DNA from: an uncultured Vicinamibacteraceae bacterium
GTDB taxonomy: Bacteria; Planctomycetota; Phycisphaerae; Phycisphaerales; UBA5793
NCBI GenBank assembly: GCA_964585855.1
Contig: CAZPFK010000003.1
Span: 22,092-86,091 of the forward strand
DNA length: 64,000 nt
Reading direction: 5' to 3'
Position 1 is the stretch's first letter. Each line of letters opens with the position of its first letter. The notes under the pieces are model-generated. The model was given only the letters and a program-made list of their open reading frames with translations. It was not told the origin of the DNA and searched no databases. The translations under genes were made by a program, and so were the position numbers. Shown in pieces: positions 57,286 to 64,000 of this stretch.

Positions 57286-58617
57286 ATGGCGCAAAGCAGC
57301 GGAAGCAAGGGCGGAGGCGGCAGCGGGAACGGCGGCGGCGGCAGCGGCGAGGGCGGCGGTTTTCGCGGTCGCCGCGTGACCACCTGCTCGTTCTGCGGCA
57401 AGACGTCCAGGGAAGTCGGCCCCATGGTCGAGGGTCCCAACGATGTCTATATCTGCTCCAACTGCGTTGATCTCTGCCAGAACATCTTCCGGCAGGAGCG
57501 TCGGCGGTCGTCGACGAACCGGCCGCTGTTTTCCTCGATTCCCAGCCCGCGGGAGATCAAGGAGTTCCTGGACCAGTACGTCATCGGGCAGGATTCCGCC
57601 AAGCGGACGCTCTCGGTGGCGGTGCATAACCACTACAAGCGCCTGACGCAGCTGGACAAGGAAACCGGGATCGAACTGGACAAGAGCAACGTGCTGCTCA
57701 TCGGGCCGACCGGCTCGGGCAAGACGCTGCTGGCCAAGACGATGGCGCGGATACTCAACGTCCCGTTTGCCATCGGTGACGCGACGACGCTCACCGAGGC
57801 CGGTTATGTCGGCGAGGACGTGGAGAACCTGCTGTTGAAGCTGCTGCAGGCGGCCGACTACGACATCGAGGCGGCGCAGCGAGGCATCATCTACATCGAT
57901 GAGATCGACAAGATCAGCAAGACCTCCAACAACGTCTCGATCACGCGTGACGTCTCCGGCGAGGGCGTGCAGCAGTCGCTTCTGAAAATGCTGGAAGGGA
58001 CCGTGGCCAACGTGCCCCCGCAGGGCGGCCGCAAGCATCCCGAACAGCAGTACATCCAGCTGGACACCTCCAACATCCTCTTCATCGTCGGCGGCACCTT
58101 CGTCGGCATCACCGAGATCATCAAGAAGCGGCTCGGCCGTCGCCGCATCGGCTTTGCGGGCAGCAACGTCGGCGATCAGAACACGGTCGTCGAAAACAGC
58201 GACCTGCTGGCGCAGGTGATGGCCGAGGACGTGCAGCACTTCGGGCTGATTCCGGAACTTGTGGGCCGTCTGCCCGTGATCACGCCGCTGATGCCGCTGC
58301 GCGAGGAGGACCTTGTTCGGATTCTGACCGAGCCGCGCAACGCGATGGTGCGGCAGTACCAGCACCTCTTCTCGCTGGAGGGCGCGACGCTCGAATTCAC
58401 CGACGGGGCGCTGATCGGCGTGGCCCGCAAGGCGATGAAGCGCGAGACCGGCGCCCGGGCGCTGCGGGCAATCATGGAAGAGCTCATGCTCGAGATGATG
58501 TATGAACTCCCCGAGGCCGACAGCACCGGCGTGACTTACATCGTCGATGAGGACGCCGTCGCCGCCAACCGGCCGACGCTGGCCCAGTTGAAGACGAGGC
58601 GGCAGAAGTCGGCGTAA
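57286..58617 (+). CDS. clpX: ATP-dependent Clp protease ATP-binding subunit ClpX, with a Gly-rich N-terminal extension
   Basis: Zinc-binding domain CSFCGK...[10 protein letters not shown], Walker [12 protein letters not shown] and IYIDEIDKI are present. The Met at 57286 lies inside the longer track ORF. Confidence 0.95.
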   Translation: MAQSSGSKGGGGSGNGGGGSGEGGGFRGRRVTTCSFCGKTSREVGPMVEGPNDVYICSNCVDLCQNIFRQERRRSSTNRPLFSSIPSPREIKEFLDQYVIGQDSAKRTLSVAVHNHYKRLTQLDKETGIELDKSNVLLIGPTGSGKTLLAKTMARILNVPFAIGDATTLTEAGYVGEDVENLLLKLLQAADYDIEAAQRGIIYIDEIDKISKTSNNVSITRDVSGEGVQQSLLKMLEGTVANVPPQGGRKHPEQQYIQLDTSNILFIVGGTFVGITEIIKKRLGRRRIGFAGSNVGDQNTVVENSDLLAQVMAEDVQHFGLIPELVGRLPVITPLMPLREEDLVRILTEPRNAMVRQYQHLFSLEGATLEFTDGALIGVARKAMKRETGARALRAIMEELMLEMMYELPEADSTGVTYIVDEDAVAANRPTLAQLKTRRQKSA

Positions 58618-58647
58618 GCCGCACAACAGGCCGATTCGAAAGATCTC

Positions 58648-58685
58648 AGACGCCTCCGGGAACCCGCCCGGGGGCGTCTTTCGTA
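58648..58685 (+). terminator. Rho-independent terminator after clpX
   Basis: 13-bp stem AGACGCCTCCGGG / CCCGGGGGCGTCT (one G-U pair) with a 6-nt loop, followed by TTTCGT, 30 nt after the stop. Confidence 0.6.
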
Positions 58686-58761
58686 TCAGCGGTCCCGGCC
58701 GGCTCATCTGCGTGCGTACCATAGCGGCTTGCAGTCGGACCCTGTGTGGAGGATTGGTGTG

Positions 58762-59874
58762 ATGCGCCTATGGACGATCAGTGCGGCGGCGGTGGTTCTG
58801 GCGGTCTGTGCCGCCGGAGCCCGAGGTCAACGGGCCTTTCCGGTGCGAGCCGATGCAGTGCGGCTGCAGGAAGTGGAGCGCGTCCGCCCCGTGACCGGGA
58901 GCATTGTCTCCTATCGCGAGTCGCTCGTGGCCGGCGAAGAGGACGGGCTGGTGCAGACGGCGGAGTTCGATGAGGGCGACCGCGTTGAGGCCGGAAGCGT
59001 ACTGGCCGAGTTGAACAGCGACCTGCTGGTTCTGCAGCTTGAGGAATCGCGGGCTGACCTTCGCCGCAACGAGGCGATGATCGCGGAGTACGAGGCCGAG
59101 CTGACGCTTGCGGAGTGGGATCTGCAGTCGCTGCGCGACCTCTCGAGCCAGGGGGCGGCCAAGGCCAAGGAAATTGCCGACGTCGAGGCGGAAGTGGCGA
59201 TCGCCGCAGCCCGCGTCGAGGTGGCGCGGATGTCGGTGGCGCTGGCGCAGGCGGCGGTGGCGCGGATCCAGCGTCAGGTTGACGGCACGGTGATTCGTGC
59301 CCCATTCGACGGATACGTCGTCGAGAAGCACGTGGAAGTGGGACAGTGGGTCGATCGGGGCGGGCCGATCGCGCGGATCGTCGAGGCCGGCGTGGTCGAC
59401 GCCCTGCTGGATGTGCCCGAGACCAGCGTGGACAACATCACCATCGGCGCGGAACTGCGCATCGAACTGACGGCCGTCGCGGCTGACGAGATCGGCAGGG
59501 TGCGGAGCATCCGCCAGCAGGGCGATGCGCGGGCGCGGACGTATCCGGTTCGAGTCACACTCAATGACCATGAAGGCCTCATCAGGCCGGGCATGTCGGT
59601 GCGGGGCTGGGTCCCGGTGGGCGGGCGGGAGGAGCGGCTGACGATCCACCGCGATGCGGTGCTGCGATCGGACCTGGGTCCGTATGTCTACGCCGTGCGC
59701 GGCGAGCAGGTCTTCCCCGTCAATATCTCAATTGACGGCAGCGCCGGGGATGGGCGGTTGATCCTGGCCGGCGAGAGTCTGCAGGCGGGCGATCTGGTCG
59801 TGGTCGAGGGCAATGAACGGCTCTTCCCGACGGCCCCGGTGCAGGTGCTGCAGGACACGGCCGACGGGGGTTGA
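58762..59874 (+). CDS. Efflux transporter periplasmic adaptor subunit (HlyD/MFP family)
   Basis: It has a signal/anchor helix, a coiled-coil hairpin region (LQLEESRADLRRNEAMIAEYEAELTLAEWDLQSL) and beta-barrel motifs (IRAPFDGYVV). GGAGGA lies 8 nt upstream of the ATG at 58762. No pump gene is adjacent. Confidence 0.8.
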   Translation: MRLWTISAAAVVLAVCAAGARGQRAFPVRADAVRLQEVERVRPVTGSIVSYRESLVAGEEDGLVQTAEFDEGDRVEAGSVLAELNSDLLVLQLEESRADLRRNEAMIAEYEAELTLAEWDLQSLRDLSSQGAAKAKEIADVEAEVAIAAARVEVARMSVALAQAAVARIQRQVDGTVIRAPFDGYVVEKHVEVGQWVDRGGPIARIVEAGVVDALLDVPETSVDNITIGAELRIELTAVAADEIGRVRSIRQQGDARARTYPVRVTLNDHEGLIRPGMSVRGWVPVGGREERLTIHRDAVLRSDLGPYVYAVRGEQVFPVNISIDGSAGDGRLILAGESLQAGDLVVVEGNERLFPTAPVQVLQDTADGG

Positions 59875-59878
59875 TCGC

Positions 59879-60979
59879 TTATGCAAACTCCGGCTGCCCG
59901 ATCAGGCGGACGTCGCCGGCTCCGTCTCGGAGCACATGGCCGATGACGCACGGCGCTTCACGGAAGGAGCGCAGGTGGTTGAGCACGGAGTTTACGAAGG
60001 CCGGGCGGACGATCAGCACATAGCCGATGCCCATGTTGAAGGTGCGGTACATCTCGGCGGTTTCGACGTTGCCGCGCTCCTGAAGCACACGGAAGATGCG
60101 CGGCGTGTCCCACGAGGAGACGTCAATTTCGGCGGTGAGGTCGGGGCCGAGGGCGCGGCAGACGTTGCCCTCCAGTCCGCCGCCGGTGATGTGGGCCATA
60201 CCGGTGATGATCTTCTTGACGGTGTATTTTCGCAGCAGGCGCGTAATTGAACGGGCGTAGATGCGTGTCGGCGTCAGCAGCACCTCGCCGAGCGGCTGTT
60301 TCGCATCCAGCTCGGGCAGGGGCGTGTGCAGGTCGAGGCCGGCGACTTCAACGATGCGGCGGACGAGACTGAAGCCGTTGGAGTGCAGCCCGGAGGAGGG
60401 AAGACCGATGATCACATCGCCCGCTTCGACCAGGGAGGGATCGACGGCCCGGTCGAGTTCGAGCACGCCGACGGAGAAGCCGACGAGGTCGTAATCCCCT
60501 GGGGCGTACACGGAGGGGAGTTCCGCGGTCTCGCCGCCGATCAGGGCGCAGCCGGCCATGCGGCAGCCGTCCGCGACGCCCTTGACGACCGTGGCGGCCC
60601 AGGAGGGTTCGATGTCGTGGGTGCCGATGTAGTCCAGGAAGAAGAGGGGCTCTGCGCCTTCGACGATCAGGTCGTTGACACACATGGCGACACAGTCGAT
60701 GCCGACGGTGTCGTGAATGTTCATCGCCGAGGCGATCTTCAATTTGGAGCCGACGCCATCGGTGGAGGCGGCGAGCACCGGTTCGCGGTAATTGCGGCGG
60801 AAGAGTTTTTCGTTGTAATCGAGGCGGAAGAGGCCGGCGAAGCTCTCAAAGCGATCCATCACGCGCGGGCCGTGGGTCCGCTTCACCATGCTGTGGATGC
60901 GGCGGACCATCTCGTCGCCGGCTTCGATGTCCACGCCGGAGTCGGCGTAGGTGAGCGGCTTGTCGGTGGGCTGGCTCAT
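59879..60979 (-). CDS. purM: Phosphoribosylformylglycinamidine cyclo-ligase
   Basis: LTYADSGVDIEAGDEMV, DGVGSKLKIA and GGETAELP are present. The Met at 60979 lies inside the longer track ORF. Confidence 0.93.
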   Translation of the reverse strand: MSQPTDKPLTYADSGVDIEAGDEMVRRIHSMVKRTHGPRVMDRFESFAGLFRLDYNEKLFRRNYREPVLAASTDGVGSKLKIASAMNIHDTVGIDCVAMCVNDLIVEGAEPLFFLDYIGTHDIEPSWAATVVKGVADGCRMAGCALIGGETAELPSVYAPGDYDLVGFSVGVLELDRAVDPSLVEAGDVIIGLPSSGLHSNGFSLVRRIVEVAGLDLHTPLPELDAKQPLGEVLLTPTRIYARSITRLLRKYTVKKIITGMAHITGGGLEGNVCRALGPDLTAEIDVSSWDTPRIFRVLQERGNVETAEMYRTFNMGIGYVLIVRPAFVNSVLNHLRSFREAPCVIGHVLRDGAGDVRLIGQPEFA

Positions 60980-61085
60980 GGTCGTGAAGCATAGGGAAGT
61001 GGGGGGCGCGGTGGCAGTGCGGCGGGCGGTGGAATAAGGTTCGCGCCGTTGCCTCGCCCCCATCTCCTCCCACCGGAATCCGTGC

Positions 61086-61508
61086 GTGCGTTTCCAGCTG
61101 ATTGACGCCGTTGAATCACGGGATGCCTCTGCAATCACGGCGGTGAAGGTTGTCACGCGGGCCGAGGAGTACCTCGCGGACCACTTCCCGACCTATCCCG
61201 TGCTCCCGGGAGTGCTGATGATCGAGACGCTGGTACAGGCCGCCCGGGAGTTGCTCCGCGATCGTTCGCCCGGCCGGCTGGTCCTCGGAGAGGTCAAGGC
61301 GCTTCGCTACGGGCGGTTTGTCCGGCCCGGGGAGGCGCTGCGAGTGCGGGTGGAATTGCTGCGGCAGGAGGGGGAGGCGTTCTGGTGCAAGGGAGCGGGG
61401 GTCGTCGTGGGCGTGGGGGGCGGTGAGTCGGCGGAGCAGGCGGTGGCCGGGCGATTCTGCCTGCGGCCGATTCGTGGAGCGGAGCGGATGGGGATCAGGC
61501 GGGGGTGA
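61086..61508 (+). CDS. FabZ/FabA-like hotdog-fold (3-hydroxyacyl-ACP) dehydratase family protein
   Basis: GTG start. YLADHFPTYPVLPGVLMIETLVQAA contains the catalytic-type His (HFP) and Glu. Confidence 0.7.
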   Translation: MRFQLIDAVESRDASAITAVKVVTRAEEYLADHFPTYPVLPGVLMIETLVQAARELLRDRSPGRLVLGEVKALRYGRFVRPGEALRVRVELLRQEGEAFWCKGAGVVVGVGGGESAEQAVAGRFCLRPIRGAERMGIRRG

Positions 61509-61584
61509 GCGGTAGAATCAGGCCTGAATGCGGGGCCGGAGCCCCGTGGGTGACAGAGAGCCAGGAAGATGGAGCCAGGTGAGT

Positions 61585-61971
61585 ATGGAACGAGACGAGA
61601 TTTACGCGAAGGTGACGACCGTGCTGGAGGAAGCGCTGGGGGTGGACGAAGACGAAGTCACTTCCAATGCGGTACTTACGCGCGATCTCGGAGCCGAATC
61701 CATCGACTTCCTCGACATCGTCTTCCGCCTCGAAAAGGCCTTTGACATCAAGATCGGCCAGGGCGAACTCTTCCCGGATAACGTCAGTCAGGACCCCGAG
61801 TACGTCCAGAACGGCAAGGTGACGGATAAGGGGCTTGCGGAACTGAAGGCCCGGCTGCCGCACGCGGATTTCTCGGAGTTTGAGCAGTCCCGGGACGTCA
61901 ACGAGGTCGGCGACATCTTCACCGTCGAGACCGTCGTCCGCTTCGTGGAGAACAAGCTCGCCAGGGTCTGA
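61585..61971 (+). CDS. Acyl carrier protein (phosphopantetheine-binding), unusually long
   Basis: EIYAKVTTVLEEALGVDEDEVTSNAVLTRDLGAESIDFLDIVFRLEKAF has the attachment Ser in ESID. About 50 extra residues precede the last helix, for 128 aa total. Confidence 0.75.
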   Translation: MERDEIYAKVTTVLEEALGVDEDEVTSNAVLTRDLGAESIDFLDIVFRLEKAFDIKIGQGELFPDNVSQDPEYVQNGKVTDKGLAELKARLPHADFSEFEQSRDVNEVGDIFTVETVVRFVENKLARV

Positions 61972-61989
61972 GGCCCACGCGAGACGACC

Positions 61990-62529
61990 ATGCGCTGGCT
62001 CTGGATTGATCGCATCATCGAGAACGACCCCGGCCGCCGCCTCGTCGCCGTCAAGAACGTCTCGCTGGCCGAAGATGTCCTCCACGACCACTTTCCCGCC
62101 GAGGGCGACCGGCCCGCACAGCCGGTCATGCCGATGTCGCTGCTGATCGAGGGGATGGCGCAGACGGCAGGACTGCTGGTGGGGCAGATGAGCGGTTTTT
62201 CGGAGAAGGTGATCCTCGCCAAGGTCAACCGGGCGTTGCTGACTGAGGATGTTTTCCCGGGCGACACCGTGCGCTTCGAGGCGACCATTGAGCGGCACGA
62301 TCCCAGCGGAGTCTCGACGACCGGGACGATCTCAGTCCTGGATCACGCCTCGGGCCGCACGATGCAGGTCGGCGAGGTGGAATTGATCTTCTCGCACATC
62401 GACCGCAATCGAGCCGGCACCGCCTTTCCCGAGGAGAACTTCGTTTTCACCGAGAACTTCCGCCTGCTGGTGGCCGACCTGGAACTGAATCCGCCTGCCG
62501 GGGGAGACTCGCAAGGAGCACGTACATGA
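61990..62529 (+). CDS. Second FabA/FabZ-like hotdog-fold dehydratase family protein
   Basis: MRWLWIDRIIE..., then VLHDHFPAEGDRPAQPVMPMSLLIEGMAQTAGLLVG. Confidence 0.65.
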   Translation: MRWLWIDRIIENDPGRRLVAVKNVSLAEDVLHDHFPAEGDRPAQPVMPMSLLIEGMAQTAGLLVGQMSGFSEKVILAKVNRALLTEDVFPGDTVRFEATIERHDPSGVSTTGTISVLDHASGRTMQVGEVELIFSHIDRNRAGTAFPEENFVFTENFRLLVADLELNPPAGGDSQGART

Positions 62530-63074
62530 AGCAACCGGGCGACCTCATCGTCGTCGTCGGCGTGGACCGGCATGAGCACACGCGCATCGCCCTGGATCGC
62601 CTGACGGAGGTCTTTGCGGGTCCGCAGCGGCCGCTTGCGATCCTGCTGCACATCATCGAGCACGATGTCGTCGCGGAGGCCTCGGTCTCAAGTCTGGCCG
62701 GTGAGGGCGTCGGGCTTCCGGTCAGCGCCGTCGCGCTGACGCCCGAGGAGATCGAAGAACTCAAGCGCCGGGACCTGGGCCGAATGGAGCCGCTGGTTGA
62801 GTATCTTGCGGGTCGCGGCTGGCCGAAGGATCGGATCGATTGCCGGGTGCGGCTCGGGGGGTCGTCAAAGTCGGTGATCGCCGACGAGCTCTCCGAGGAG
62901 GCGCGGGAGGCGAAGGCGGACATCGTCGTGGTAGGGCGGACGCGGCACGGGAAGTTGTGGGAGGCGTTCCTGAAGAGCACGGGAGAGCGGCTGGTGCACT
63001 ATTGCCCGGGACTGACGGTGTGGGTGGTGGGCCATGCACCGACGGGTGACGGCGGCGGCGGAACGGCGGCGTAG
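62526..63074 (+). CDS. Universal stress protein (UspA family)
   Basis: LIVVVGVDRHEHTRIAL and ADIVVVGRTRHGKLWEAFLKSTGERLVHYCPGLTVWVV (ATP-binding G-x-G...S/T region) are present. ATGA overlap with the preceding gene. Confidence 0.75.
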   Translation: MKQPGDLIVVVGVDRHEHTRIALDRLTEVFAGPQRPLAILLHIIEHDVVAEASVSSLAGEGVGLPVSAVALTPEEIEELKRRDLGRMEPLVEYLAGRGWPKDRIDCRVRLGGSSKSVIADELSEEAREAKADIVVVGRTRHGKLWEAFLKSTGERLVHYCPGLTVWVVGHAPTGDGGGGTAA

Positions 63075-63079
63075 ACGCC

Positions 63080-63541
63080 GTGGACTCTGCGGCGAAGAGA
63101 TACTCCTGGCGGGAGATGAACCACCTTCAGGTGGGACGGTTCGCGGAGTATTTTGTAAAGATGGAGTTCGCGCTGCACGGCTTCGAGGTCTACACCTCAG
63201 AAGTCGATGATCGTGGAATCGACTTCATAGCGAGGCGCGACGGCGGCCCATTTTATGAAGTACAGGTGAAGTCGACGCGCACGCTGAACTACGTCTTCTT
63301 CCCCAAGGACAAGTTTCCCTTGAAGGCGGACCGACTTGGTGCGGTGGTCATCCTCCTCGATCAGCAGCCTCCTGACCTTTATCTGATTCAGGCGACTGAA
63401 TGGCGAAATCCCGATCAACTGCTTCGCAGCAATGATTATCCGGAGAAAGCAAGTCAGCCCGACTTCGGCCTCAACCTCTCTCAGAAGAACATGCCGGCGC
63501 TCTCCCGGTTCGCCTTCGATCAGGTCATCCGCAGACTCTGA
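63080..63541 (+). CDS. PD-(D/E)xK nuclease-fold protein (DUF4365/Hjc-like), function unknown
   Basis: GRFAEYFVKMEFALHGFEVYTSEVDDRGIDFIARRDGGPFYEVQVKS gives the helix, D, and E-x-K arrangement of restriction-endonuclease-like folds. G+C is lower than in the flanks. Confidence 0.55.
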   Translation: MDSAAKRYSWREMNHLQVGRFAEYFVKMEFALHGFEVYTSEVDDRGIDFIARRDGGPFYEVQVKSTRTLNYVFFPKDKFPLKADRLGAVVILLDQQPPDLYLIQATEWRNPDQLLRSNDYPEKASQPDFGLNLSQKNMPALSRFAFDQVIRRL

Positions 63542-63549
63542 GCCGGGCC

Positions 63550-64000
63550 CTACTCCTCCAACTCCGCCCGTCGGGTCCACTCCGCCTCCAGCGGACCCAG
63601 TTCATCGCTCAGCACGCCCCGACGCAGGGAGAGGTCGTGGGCGCGGCGGCCGTCGCGGTGCGTCTCCGGGTCGAGCAGGGCTCGGTCGATGGAGGCGATC
63701 TCCCCCTCGATTTCCTGGATGCGGGCCTCGAGTTTCTGCTGGCTGAGCTTCGTGATCGCTCCGCCCGGCGCGGGCGTTGTCTGCCGGGCCGGCTTCGGCT
63801 TCGGCGGCGTCTGTTTCGGAGTCGCAGGCGGCGGACTGGCCGGCTTCTTTGCCGCCGCGGCGGCGGCCGCGAGCTCCTCGGCGTGCACCTTCTCCCACTC
63901 GCGGTACCGGCCCTGGAAGAGTCGCCAGCCGCCCTTGCCGTCAAGGATGAGGAGTTGCTCGACGCAGGCATCCAGCAGGGCGCGGTCGTGGCTGATCATG
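63550..64000 (-). CDS. ABC-F family ATPase, C-terminal part (gene continues past the window end)
   Basis: ISHDRALLDACVEQLLILDGKGGWRLFQGRYREWEK is followed by a Pro/Ala/Lys linker and a coiled-coil tail. The frame is open to nt 64000. Confidence 0.75.
   Translation of the reverse strand, partial: MISHDRALLDACVEQLLILDGKGGWRLFQGRYREWEKVHAEELAAAAAAAKKPASPPPATPKQTPPKPKPARQTTPAPGGAITKLSQQKLEARIQEIEGEIASIDRALLDPETHRDGRRAHDLSLRRGVLSDELGPLEAEWTRRAELEE

Noticed and set aside
1-64000. CRISPR arrays, IS elements, integrases, prophage genes and rRNA
   Set aside because: I saw no spaced direct repeats, no transposase, integrase or phage-like ORFs in any frame, and no rRNA-like conserved stretches. Low-copy short repeats cannot be excluded without a computational repeat search.

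Overview
GC-rich bacterial chromosomal segment; hand counts of typical 60-nt lines give about 65-67% G+C. Gene content points to Planctomycetota, possibly Phycisphaerae-like, which is an inference from three DUF1559/H-X9-DG prepilin-like domains, a PEP-CTERM-like tail, a BatA-type VWA protein and low-complexity tails on housekeeping proteins. I call about 60 protein-coding genes, tightly packed with many 4-nt start/stop overlaps. Most are housekeeping: tsf-rpsB, pyrC, ggt, gcvPA/gcvPB, sucA/sucB, ruvX/ruvC, gyrA, rpmI-rplT, nuoB, nuoH, tig, clpX, purM. Envelope and secreted proteins are interspersed among them. I recognised no rRNA, tRNA, CRISPR array, transposase or integrase. The stand-out feature is a clear cobalamin riboswitch on the minus strand (~5498-5690) with its own near-consensus promoter. 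It sits in front of three translationally coupled exported proteins: a beta-propeller-like protein, an Asp-loop protein and a DUF1559 pseudopilin. None of them resembles a known B12 gene, so this is a candidate undescribed corrinoid-responsive surface or uptake module. Other points worth a second look: two metal ABC permeases each fused to a DtxR-like domain; an ECF sigma factor paired with an anti-sigma/DUF1559 chimera; a hotdog-ACP-hotdog-USP operon; a divergent aconitase-family protein; three lower-GC islets (Cys-rich secreted protein, GH-like enzyme, PD-(D/E)xK nuclease); tig and clpX without clpP; a SucB without a recognisable E3-binding domain; and a pyrC whose conserved N-terminus needs a CTG start. 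All coordinates rest on the supplied ORF track plus manual reading. No database search was run.
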